Origin: an uncultured Clostridia bacterium
GTDB lineage: Bacteria > Bacillota > Clostridia > Oscillospirales > Oscillospiraceae
DNA length: 64,000 nt
Assembly (NCBI GenBank): GCA_937893605.1
Contig: CALBGG010000139.1
Coordinates: 660-64,659 of the forward strand
Reading direction: 5' to 3'
The notes below the pieces were generated by a model. The model ran no database searches, was not told the DNA's origin, and was given only the letters and a program-made list of their open reading frames with translations. The translations under genes and the position numbers were made by a program. Below are positions 37,494 through 46,315 of this stretch, in pieces; position 1 is the first letter of the stretch; every line of letters starts with the position of its first letter.

Positions 37494-38675
37494 CTATATA
37501 ACACCGTTTTTCTCAAACTCAGCTATCTGCTCATTGCTGTAGCCTACGGACTTGAGATATTCCTCGTTGTGCTCACCCTTTCTGGGTGGGAAGAGATCCT
37601 TGCGTGCGGGAGTCTCGGAGAGCTTAACTGCCGAGCCTATCATTTTTACGCTGCCGTAACAGCCTGCGGGATCAGTCATCTCATATACCATGTCGCGTTC
37701 GAGCACCTGGGGATCGGAAAAGACCTCTTCGAGGTTCTTGACCGGTGCCCAGCAGCAGTCGACACCGGTAAGCTTTTCGATCCACTCGGCCTGAGTTTTG
37801 GACTTGAACATTTCACGAAGATATGCAAACATCTCATCCTGCTTTGTAAGATCACGCTGATAAAGCTTAAACTCCTCCTTGCCGATGGCGTCGCAGAAGT
37901 TTGCCCACAGGTGCGGCTCTATCGCGCCGATGCTGATGTATCTGCCGTCCGCAGTTTCATAAACCTCATAGCAGGCGTTCTGCCCGTTGAGGATGTTCTC
38001 GGCCGCCTTGGGTGAAACACCCTTGACGAAATAGTCGTTTGCAAGAACAGGCAGCCAGGACACCGCACCGTCAAGCATGGATGTGTCGACGTACTGTCCG
38101 ACACCGTTTTGCTTAACGCCCATGAGCGCTATGAGTATACCGATAGCGGCATAAAGTGCGCCGCCGCCGATATCGGCAATCTGAACGCCGGGGATGGTGG
38201 GAGTATATCCCTTGCGAGCTGTAAGACCTAGGATGCCCGCATAGCTTATATAGTTAAGGTCGTGACCCGAAATCAAACGATATGGGCCGGTCTGGCCATA
38301 TCCCGAAAGAGAGCAATAGACGATTTTCGGGTTTATTGCCTTTATCATCTCATAATCGACGCCGAGTTTTTTTACTACTCCGGGGCGGTACTGCTCCAGA
38401 ACGACGTCCGCATCCTTTGCGAGCTTATAGAATATTTCCTTACCCTCGTCGCTTTTGAGATTGAGGGTGATGCTTTTTTTGTTTCGGTTGACCTGGAAGA
38501 AGGCTCCGCCCGTGTCGCCGATTTTGGGAGCGCCGCCTCGGAAGAGGTCACCGCCCTTGACGGCTTCGACTTTTATGACCTCTGCGCCGAAATCGGCGAG
38601 GATCATGGAGCAGAACGGGCCAGGGAGCATCGTGCTCAGGTCAAGAATTTTTATACCTTCAAGAGGTAATGCCAT
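37494..38675 (-). CDS. family III CoA-transferase (alpha-methylacyl-CoA racemase-like branch)
   Basis: MALPLEGIKILDLSTMLPGPFCSMILADFGAEVIKVE. RBS is AAGGAGG. Confidence 0.9.
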   Translation of the reverse strand: MALPLEGIKILDLSTMLPGPFCSMILADFGAEVIKVEAVKGGDLFRGGAPKIGDTGGAFFQVNRNKKSITLNLKSDEGKEIFYKLAKDADVVLEQYRPGVVKKLGVDYEMIKAINPKIVYCSLSGYGQTGPYRLISGHDLNYISYAGILGLTARKGYTPTIPGVQIADIGGGALYAAIGILIALMGVKQNGVGQYVDTSMLDGAVSWLPVLANDYFVKGVSPKAAENILNGQNACYEVYETADGRYISIGAIEPHLWANFCDAIGKEEFKLYQRDLTKQDEMFAYLREMFKSKTQAEWIEKLTGVDCCWAPVKNLEEVFSDPQVLERDMVYEMTDPAGCYGSVKMIGSAVKLSETPARKDLFPPRKGEHNEEYLKSVGYSNEQIAEFEKNGVI

Positions 38676-38734
38676 CAGAGCACCTCCTTGCTCATATCGG
38701 GGATCGTTGCCGATCCCCCTTTTTGGTCAACTGT

Positions 38735-39910
38735 TTACTTTTTCTTGCCGAGGCCTATTGCCTTTGCGATGATGCCCAGCTGCACCTCTGAGGTGCCGGC
38801 CATCAGGCGGTAGTGACGGGTATCAACGAACTGGCGTGCTATGGCGTTTTCACGCAGTATGCCGGGGCCGCCCCAAATCTGAACGCCGAGGTCGGAGATT
38901 TTGTATGCCAACTCACTGGTGGCGTACTTTGCGATGGACACCTGAGTGTTGACGCTCTCGCCCGCCATAAACAGCATGGTCAAATGCTCAACATAGCTTC
39001 TAGCCTGATCGAGCTCGACGGCTGCCTTCGCGATTTCAAACTGCCAGTGCTGGTATGCACCCAGGGGCTTACCTGCCACGAGGCGCTCATTTGCGCGCTG
39101 TACACACAGCTCAAAGGCGTACTCGGCCATGCCCAGGGTGTTCCATGAGCCCATGAGACGTTCTTTTTCAAGATGCTGCATCAGATAGTAGAAGCCGCGG
39201 TTTTCCTCTCCGAGCAGATTCTCTTCCGGAACGATGACATCGTGGAAGATATACTCGGAGGTATCCTGGGAGTTGAGGCCGATCTTATTGAGAAGCTTGC
39301 GCTCAAATCCGGGTGCGTCGGTGGGGATGATAAGGAGGCTGATGCCCTTGTGAGGCTTCTCTGCGTTGGGATTAGTGACGACCGCTACAATGGCATAGTC
39401 GGAAACCATACCGTTGGAGATGTATATCTTGCCGCCGTTTACGATGTAGTTGCCCTTGCCGTCCTTGACAGCGCTGGTCTCTATGTGAGCAAGGTCGGAG
39501 CCGTGTTCGGCTTCGGTCATACAGATGCAGATGCATGTATCGCCGGAGGCAACGCCTGGGAGATACTTTTCCTTCTGAGCCTCTGTGCCGTGGGCGTAGA
39601 TATACGGAGCGACGGTATCGCTGCTCAAACGGGTCAGAACGCCGTTAAGACCGCGCTTATTGAGCTCTTCTCCGTATATGATGGAATAGAGCATGTCGAG
39701 CTCTCTGCCGCCGTATTTCTTGTCCAGCCACAGGCAGCCGTAGCCTGCGTCGCCGAACTTCTTGAAGGTCTCCTTGCCGACGGAGTGATTCTTCTCCATA
39801 TCCATGTAGTAGGGAACGATCTCTCTGTCGAGAAATTCGCCAAACTCCTTGCGGAATGCTTCGTGCTCCTCAGTGAAGGGCAGAAGGGACTTTTTGGGTA
39901 AGCTTTGCAT
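38735..39910 (-). CDS. acyl-CoA dehydrogenase
   Basis: MTEAEHGSDLAHIETSA, YATSELAYKISDLGVQIWGGPG, MAGTSEVQ. Confidence 0.9.
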   Translation of the reverse strand: MQSLPKKSLLPFTEEHEAFRKEFGEFLDREIVPYYMDMEKNHSVGKETFKKFGDAGYGCLWLDKKYGGRELDMLYSIIYGEELNKRGLNGVLTRLSSDTVAPYIYAHGTEAQKEKYLPGVASGDTCICICMTEAEHGSDLAHIETSAVKDGKGNYIVNGGKIYISNGMVSDYAIVAVVTNPNAEKPHKGISLLIIPTDAPGFERKLLNKIGLNSQDTSEYIFHDVIVPEENLLGEENRGFYYLMQHLEKERLMGSWNTLGMAEYAFELCVQRANERLVAGKPLGAYQHWQFEIAKAAVELDQARSYVEHLTMLFMAGESVNTQVSIAKYATSELAYKISDLGVQIWGGPGILRENAIARQFVDTRHYRLMAGTSEVQLGIIAKAIGLGKKK

Positions 39911-39972
39911 TTGATTCTCCTTTCAGATTCGTGTTGTCATTTCTGCAGTGCTCCCGTTGTGCGGGGCAGAAT

Positions 39973-40740
39973 TTATTTGTTGCGGTTTTCTCTGTTGAAT
40001 GCCTTGACAAGCTGCTGATTTCGGTTTTCGATCTTTATTGCGGTGTCGAGACTGTCGACCGACTCCATCATGTTCAGAAGCTGCTTGCTGTAACGAAGCG
40101 CCTCCTTCGAGTAGCCGGCGAGCACTTTTGCCTTTTCCAGCGCTGCATTGTCAAGCTCAGAAAGCGGATAGCATCCGGATGCGTAGCCGAGGCTCATTGC
40201 CTCATCCGCGAGCATATATCTTCCCGTTAGCAGGATATCTCTCGCGACACCGTCACCTATAAGGCGCGGCAGCATGTATGCGCAGCCGAGGTCTCCGCAG
40301 CTCATGCTCATTTTAAGCAGCGGGCAGGAAAACCTGACGTCATATGCTATAAGGCGGATATCGGAGGCCATCGTAAGGAAGAAGCCTCCCCCGACGGCAT
40401 AGCCGTGCGCGGCGGTAATAACTACCTGCTTTGCCTCGTGCACCAGGACGATGAGCTCTCTGAGCTCTTCCTGAAACGCGTAGGACTTTGCGACACTGTC
40501 GCGGTCGCCCTCGCCGGGGAAGAGGCTCATGAAGTCCGCTCCCGTACAGAAGGCTCTCTCGCCCTCGCCGCGGATGATGAGCACCTTCGTCTCATCATCC
40601 GCTTTGAGGAGTCGGAAGAAGTGCAGCATATCGTCAAAAGCCTCGCGTGACCACGAGTTGAGCTTTTCCGGCCGGATGAAGCTCATCACGGCTATTCCCG
40701 GCTCGGGAAGCTCTACACGTATATGCTCATAATCATACAT
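39973..40740 (-). CDS. enoyl-CoA hydratase/isomerase (crotonase fold)
   Basis: RAFCTGADF, AAHGYAVGGGFFLTMASDIR, GDLGCAYMLPRLIG. Confidence 0.9.
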   Translation of the reverse strand: MYDYEHIRVELPEPGIAVMSFIRPEKLNSWSREAFDDMLHFFRLLKADDETKVLIIRGEGERAFCTGADFMSLFPGEGDRDSVAKSYAFQEELRELIVLVHEAKQVVITAAHGYAVGGGFFLTMASDIRLIAYDVRFSCPLLKMSMSCGDLGCAYMLPRLIGDGVARDILLTGRYMLADEAMSLGYASGCYPLSELDNAALEKAKVLAGYSKEALRYSKQLLNMMESVDSLDTAIKIENRNQQLVKAFNRENRNK

Positions 40741-40747
40741 ACGCTGA

Positions 40748-42142
40748 TTACAGAAGGCCGAGCGCCATCCAGAGAGGTACGCTGCAGGTCATTGCGATGA
40801 GGTTAATTACGCAGTACGCATACGATCCCTTGGAAGCGGTCGCGAAATCGAGGGAGGGGTCGCACATCTTGATAAGGCCTGCCGATGCCGGGTTCTGGTA
40901 AGCAACGTTCCAGCAGGTACCGGATACCCAGGAGGTGAATACGAGAACAAAGATGTTGATGCCGTGTGCCTCAAGCAGCGAGCCGAAGATGGCTATCATT
41001 ACTGCCATGCTGCAGGACTGGGAAACAATGACGAAGCGGAGCAAATAGGTGATGATGCACAGGCAGGGAATAAATATCCATGGACTGCTCATGATGGGTG
41101 CAAGGATGGGTCCGAGAATGCCTGCCAGCCAGGTGCTGACACCGAGAGATGCCATGAGACCGGCAACGGAGAGAACTCCGCCGACGAAGATGGTGATGGT
41201 CCACATGCCCTTTGCACCGACCTCGGGAGGAGTAATCAGGCCGCATGCAATGAATGCAACGTCCGCGAGGATAGCGATCATGCCTGCATCTATCTTGTGG
41301 GTGGACTGGGTTAGCCAAAGAACAAGGGCTGCAAGAACGATGATAATGCCCTGCTTCTCTTTGGTACTGAGCTTGCCGAGAGCCTTATAGGACTCCTTGA
41401 TGAATTCAACGTTTGCAGTCTTCTGAGTGTCTGTAGGCTTGCAGAAAACGAGGCAGAATACATAAACGAGCACTATGCAGACTACATACCATACGCATGC
41501 GCGGACGAACCACTGCCCCCAAGAAACACTTTCGCCGACGAAGCCGAGCATAAGTGCAACATAAACGGAGCCGGATACAAAAGCCATGCCGAGCTGGTTC
41601 GTGCCCATGAAGTTTGCAAACCAAAGGCCGAGGGACTGCTTGGAGTTACGCTCCGCACCGGAGGCCTCGCATACCTGATTGACGAACGGAGCCATCATAG
41701 AGGTCTTTGCTGTGGAGGACGGAATAATGGGGCTCATGATAACGCCGGAAAGAAGCATTGCGGTGACCTGCCCCGCGTAGGTTCCGGGGAAGCGGGTCAG
41801 CACCCACAGAGCAAGGCGCTTCATGAATCCGCTGTTGTTAATGCCTATAGACATGATAAACACGCCGATGCACAGCCATACTGTGCTGGATGCAAAGTTT
41901 GAAGTAACCTCCGCAACGGTCGCAACTTTAAGCGCTACGAGCACTGCCATTGTGCATAGCACTGCCGCCCAGTCGGGAACGGCACGGGAAATGATAAGTA
42001 CAAGCATGAATACGAAGCAGCCGAGATACTGCCACGCCGCGCGGCTCATCGCCTCGGTCTCCGCGGGGAGATAGGCTATGAGCACCAGTGCCGCGATCGC
42101 GAGCACAAATCCAAGAAGCGTTCTTTTTGTGTTCTTTGACAT
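40748..42142 (-). CDS. DASS/SLC13-type anion transporter (CitT/TtdT-like)
   Basis: 464-aa polytopic protein. The hairpin-tip-like motif IIPSSTAKTSMMAPF resembles the P-S-x-T-A-R motif of CitT-type DASS carriers. Confidence 0.75.
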   Translation of the reverse strand: MSKNTKRTLLGFVLAIAALVLIAYLPAETEAMSRAAWQYLGCFVFMLVLIISRAVPDWAAVLCTMAVLVALKVATVAEVTSNFASSTVWLCIGVFIMSIGINNSGFMKRLALWVLTRFPGTYAGQVTAMLLSGVIMSPIIPSSTAKTSMMAPFVNQVCEASGAERNSKQSLGLWFANFMGTNQLGMAFVSGSVYVALMLGFVGESVSWGQWFVRACVWYVVCIVLVYVFCLVFCKPTDTQKTANVEFIKESYKALGKLSTKEKQGIIIVLAALVLWLTQSTHKIDAGMIAILADVAFIACGLITPPEVGAKGMWTITIFVGGVLSVAGLMASLGVSTWLAGILGPILAPIMSSPWIFIPCLCIITYLLRFVIVSQSCSMAVMIAIFGSLLEAHGINIFVLVFTSWVSGTCWNVAYQNPASAGLIKMCDPSLDFATASKGSYAYCVINLIAMTCSVPLWMALGLL

Positions 42143-42207
42143 TTTAATCTTCTCCTCTGTTTTGTTTATTTATTAATTAACATTAGCAGGTTAATTAAAT
42201 CCTTCTG

Positions 42208-43881
42208 TCACTTCTTTTGATCAGCAAATGCATGCTCAAGATACATCTTTTTGACCATTTTTCTGTCGGGCTTGCGGTTTTTTGTCTTCGGGAGCATGTC
42301 CATAACGTAATACTCCTTCGGTACCTTGAAGCGTGAGAGCTTTTCACGGCATACACGCTCGATTTCTTCAAGATCGACTGTCTTTCCGGGAATTGGCTGG
42401 ACGAATATTGCCGGTACCTCGCCGCGGCGCTCGTTTGGAATGCCGATGGCTATTGCATCCGCAACGTTCTCTGCCGTTATGGCAACGGCTTCAAGTTCAC
42501 TTGGAAAAACATTGAATCCACCGGTTATAATAAGATCCTTCTTTCTGTCACAGATTATAAGGAAACCATCCTCATCCATGCGGCCGATATCTCCAGTGTA
42601 GAGCCAGCCGTTACGCAGCATTTTCGCCGTTTCCTCGGGGTTATTCCAATATTCGTGCATGACGCACTCGCCGCGGCAGATTATCTCACCTGGCTTCCCA
42701 TCCTCGACGACCTCCGTGCCGGTCTCCTGATCGACAATGAGGTATTCAATGTTGGGGTTTACAACGCCGACAGTTCCTACCCTGCGGTGGTCATGACCAT
42801 TTATAGTTATGGTGTTGACCGTTTCGGTCATGCCATAGCCTTCCGTTATAACCGCGCCAGTGATATCTTCCACTCGTTTAATTACATCAACCGGCAGCGG
42901 CGCCGAGCCACAGGTTATGACCTTCAGCGAGCTTATATCATACTTCTGATATTCCTCATGCGTGGCGATTAGCTTCATCCACAGTGGAACCGAGGGCCAC
43001 ACCGTGGGACGGTATTTTTCGATGACCTGAAGAATCTCCTCGAGACTTTCGGCAAAGAATATAGTGCCGCCCATTGTGAGGTTCACAACGACGCCCTGAC
43101 CGAATCCGAATGCGTGAGACATTCCCAGCGCAATGATGACCATATAATTCTCATAGTCATTATCGTTGAGGAAAGGTCTGAAATACTGCACCTGCGCCAT
43201 TGCTTTTGCGACAAAGGCGTGGTTTGTCTGACAGCAGCCCTTTAAAACGCCGGTCGTTCCGCCGGTGTACTGCAATATTGCGATATCCTCGGAGGATATC
43301 TTTATATCGGGTTCGGATGTGTCATCCGAGACAATGCTCTCCCACTCGCTTAGCTCATCCCACTGGTTCTCCTTTTCGAGAGTGGGGCAGAATACCATTT
43401 GCTCGACTCCCGCTTTGTCGGTATTGAGCGCCTTAACGACAGCTTCCGCGCCTTCGGAGTCGGTGATAACCATTTTCGGTGTGCAGTCTTTTATTCTACG
43501 GATGATCTCATCTGCGGTAGAGCGGGGATTGGTGTTCACCATTATGATGCCCGTTTTGAAGCAGGCATGTGCCAATGCAACGAACTCAAAGCCGTTGGAA
43601 ACGTAGGTTATGACCCTGTCGCCCTTTTTAAGTCCATTTGCAAGAAAGCCGTTTGCGAGCCTTGCTGCAAGAATATTGCACTCGGCATAGCTCATTTTCG
43701 CGCCTCGGCTGATAACATAGGTTTTGTCCGGGTGTTCGCTTACTCTTTTGAGGAACAGCTCTTTGCAGGAGACATCGGGTATGGGGAAATTGTAGACTAC
43801 ACAGGGGTCCTTGATCTTATCCCACTTTTTCCTGTATCGGACCAGTGCATCCTCGAAGCATTTGTTTTGCAGCTGATTCAT
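42208..43881 (-). CDS. AMP-forming acyl-CoA ligase
   Basis: LQYTGGTTGVLKG (A3), EGYGMTE (A5), YTGDIGRMDEDGFL (A7-A8), and the terminal K in RKPDRK. Confidence 0.9.
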   Translation of the reverse strand: MNQLQNKCFEDALVRYRKKWDKIKDPCVVYNFPIPDVSCKELFLKRVSEHPDKTYVISRGAKMSYAECNILAARLANGFLANGLKKGDRVITYVSNGFEFVALAHACFKTGIIMVNTNPRSTADEIIRRIKDCTPKMVITDSEGAEAVVKALNTDKAGVEQMVFCPTLEKENQWDELSEWESIVSDDTSEPDIKISSEDIAILQYTGGTTGVLKGCCQTNHAFVAKAMAQVQYFRPFLNDNDYENYMVIIALGMSHAFGFGQGVVVNLTMGGTIFFAESLEEILQVIEKYRPTVWPSVPLWMKLIATHEEYQKYDISSLKVITCGSAPLPVDVIKRVEDITGAVITEGYGMTETVNTITINGHDHRRVGTVGVVNPNIEYLIVDQETGTEVVEDGKPGEIICRGECVMHEYWNNPEETAKMLRNGWLYTGDIGRMDEDGFLIICDRKKDLIITGGFNVFPSELEAVAITAENVADAIAIGIPNERRGEVPAIFVQPIPGKTVDLEEIERVCREKLSRFKVPKEYYVMDMLPKTKNRKPDRKMVKKMYLEHAFADQKK

Positions 43882-44038
43882 TTTCTCATAATCCTCTATG
43901 CTTTTAAGCTTTTCTTCCTTCCCTGACCCTCCGCGCCTGAACCGCCGGGAGAAAACCCGGCAGCCCAGGGAGAATAGGGGGAGGAGAACACTTGAACCGG
44001 CTTTTACGCGGCGCTGCGCCGCGCCGGATCAGGCTGAT

Positions 44039-46072
44039 TTATATACTTGCGGCCAGTTTGTAGGCAGATTCGACCGCATCCGGGATTCTTGCCACCTTTA
44101 CAGCGTCGCCGATACAGTCAACGTTCTTGACCTTGCCGACGAGTTGCTCATACATATCATTATTGGGCTTTGCGCCTGCTGCTATAACGACGGTATCTGC
44201 CGGCAGAGTCTGGCGGCCTTCCGCATTTTCAACAACGACGCCTTCCTTGGTTATCTCGATGACCTTTGTCTCCTTGAGCATCTTGGTGCCCAGCTGCTTG
44301 GTACGCGCAATTATCGACCAGCGGCTGCCGGGGTTAATGTCGGGAGCAAACTTCTTGCCCATCTCGACGATCGCAACATTGTAAACGCCGTGGTTGAGCA
44401 ACTGTTGGAGCTTCTCGTAGGGCTCGGTCTTGTATATCATCATGAATCTTAACTCATCGGCCGTGAGGGTACCGATCTCGCCGATGTACATTGCGACCTC
44501 GACGCCGACATCGCCGCCGCCGACGACAACCACGTTTTTGCCGAGCTCAGCCTTGCCTTCAAATACATCCCATGCATGAACGACAGGAACACTGGGATCT
44601 CTTGGGATCGGAGGAATGGTAGCCTTGGAGCCGCATGCGAGAACGACGCGGTCATAATCCTTGGCGGCTGCGATTATATCCTCTGCGGTTGCTTCCTTGT
44701 TGAGAATTATCTCAACTCCCAGCTCGCGGCAGGTACGCTCGAGCCACTGGCCAAAATAGCGGATATCATAGCGGCGAGGAGGAGTTGCGGCAAACAACGA
44801 AAGGCCGATGGTTCGGTTGCGTTTTTCCCAAATGGTGACCTTGTGGCCGCGCAGAGCTGCGACACGGGCAAACTCCATACCGGCAGGGCCTGCACCGATG
44901 ACGAGGATTTTCTCGAGATGCTCACTCTTCTTCTCTGTAGGCATTAGGCCGTTTTCATCCTCCAGCTCCTCCTCACGGTTGCACTCGTAGTTCCCGATGC
45001 ATCCGATGGGCTTGCTGATCATTGCCATGTCCAGGCATTTGGCGTTGCAGCCGACGCAGGGGCGGATATCTGAAGCCTTGCCTGCTATCGCCTTGTTGAC
45101 GACGTCGGGGTCAGCCAGGAAGGGGCGCCCCATTACGATTGCGTCGAAATCGCCGCGATCGACGAGCTCCTCTGCCTTTTCTATGTTCATACGCATGCCC
45201 TGTGCGACGGGAGCCTTGACGCGCGCTTTGATCTGGCGGCCGAGATATGCCCATGCGCCGTGGGGAACTTCCATGGTGATTAGGGGAACAGCCGATTCAT
45301 GCCAGCCCGCAGTGATAGAGAAGCCGTCGACATAGCCGGTTTTGTCCAGCAGCTCGCAAATCTCTGCGATATCGTCGCCGTTGCAGCCGCCGTCCATGAA
45401 GTCACTGCCGCTTACGCGCAAAGAAATGGGATAGTCGGGGCCGACCGCCGCACGCATACCCTCGAGAGTCTCGACCATGAAGCGGCAGCGGTTCTCAAGC
45501 GATCCGCCATACTCGTCGGTGCGGTGGTTTGTAAGCGGAGAGAAAAACTGGCCGTACAGATAGCCTGAGTTGGTCTCGATCTCAATACCGTCAAATCCGG
45601 CCTTCTTGGCAATAACTGCGGCGTCTGCCTGCCACTGCACGAATTCCTTGATTTCCTCAACGGTGAGCTCCTTAGGCATCTCAAAGTGAGTGAATCTGCC
45701 GGGTATGGGGGACGGAGCAACAGCCTGCTCGCCTTGAATGCTGGCACGGCTTGCGCATCTGCCGCGATGCATAAGCTGCGCAAAAACCTTGCTGCCACTC
45801 ACGTGAATGACATCTGTAAGCTTCTTGAGCGAAGGGATATATTTTTCATCGGTGAGCATTGCGCCGTGGTTGGGATTATAACGAACCTTGTCCCACTGCA
45901 TATTTGCAAAGATGATCAGCCCCACTCCTCCCAATGCGCGGCGTCTGTAAAATTCCACAACATCATCCATTATGAAGCCGTCGACAGTGTGTCCTATGCT
46001 CATAGGCGACATGATCACCCTGTTTTTAAGCTCAAGCTTGTTGACCTTAAAAGGCGTGTAAAGTCTTTTCAT
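44039..46072 (-). CDS. OYE-type NADH:flavin oxidoreductase fused to an FAD/NAD(P) domain (2,4-dienoyl-CoA reductase / 2-enoate reductase / BaiCD-BaiH family)
   Basis: N-terminal TIM-barrel (NRVIMSPM, QLMHRGR). Fe-S motif CVGCNAKCLD...CIGNYEC. ILVIGAGPAGME and VVVVGGGDVGVEVA are Rossmann folds. The ATG at 46072 follows GAGGAGG. Confidence 0.9.
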   Translation of the reverse strand: MKRLYTPFKVNKLELKNRVIMSPMSIGHTVDGFIMDDVVEFYRRRALGGVGLIIFANMQWDKVRYNPNHGAMLTDEKYIPSLKKLTDVIHVSGSKVFAQLMHRGRCASRASIQGEQAVAPSPIPGRFTHFEMPKELTVEEIKEFVQWQADAAVIAKKAGFDGIEIETNSGYLYGQFFSPLTNHRTDEYGGSLENRCRFMVETLEGMRAAVGPDYPISLRVSGSDFMDGGCNGDDIAEICELLDKTGYVDGFSITAGWHESAVPLITMEVPHGAWAYLGRQIKARVKAPVAQGMRMNIEKAEELVDRGDFDAIVMGRPFLADPDVVNKAIAGKASDIRPCVGCNAKCLDMAMISKPIGCIGNYECNREEELEDENGLMPTEKKSEHLEKILVIGAGPAGMEFARVAALRGHKVTIWEKRNRTIGLSLFAATPPRRYDIRYFGQWLERTCRELGVEIILNKEATAEDIIAAAKDYDRVVLACGSKATIPPIPRDPSVPVVHAWDVFEGKAELGKNVVVVGGGDVGVEVAMYIGEIGTLTADELRFMMIYKTEPYEKLQQLLNHGVYNVAIVEMGKKFAPDINPGSRWSIIARTKQLGTKMLKETKVIEITKEGVVVENAEGRQTLPADTVVIAAGAKPNNDMYEQLVGKVKNVDCIGDAVKVARIPDAVESAYKLAASI

Positions 46073-46166
46073 GATAACCTCCTCAATTGATAACCGGAGC
46101 TCAGCATCGATTATCCCGGCCGGGGAACTGATTGTGCCGGTTATTTTTTGTGACACCCTTATTTAA

Positions 46167-46182
46167 TGCAAACGCCGTGCCA
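46167..46182 (-). promoter_or_regulatory. sigma-54 (-24/-12) promoter
   Basis: The minus strand reads TGGCAC-GGCGT-TTGCA with the canonical GG-N10-GC spacing. It lies about 95 nt upstream of the 46072 ATG and directly downstream of a bEBP gene. Confidence 0.8.
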
Positions 46183-46251
46183 AGTCTGTTAAAAAATTAT
46201 TTTATTTTATAATTCTGTCCGTCATTACACTTTTCAAAACATGTATCAATC

Positions 46252-46294
46252 CAAAAAGAGCCAACAGTCTGCTCTCGGCAGGCAGTTGGCTCTT
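46252..46294 (-). terminator. rho-independent terminator after the bEBP gene
   Basis: On the minus strand, AGAGCCAAC...GTTGGCTCT stem followed by TTTTT. Confidence 0.7.
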
Positions 46295-46315
46295 GCTGAC
46301 TATTATTTGCTCCTG

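Noticed and set aside
46073-46156. N-terminally extended starts given by the ORF track, here and at 14392, 17895, 36169, 37516, 48370, 58195, 30542, 32390, 21776 and 26527.
   Set aside because: In each case an internal ATG with a strong Shine-Dalgarno sequence gives the family-typical N-terminus. Several extensions also overlap terminators, a promoter or the upstream gene.
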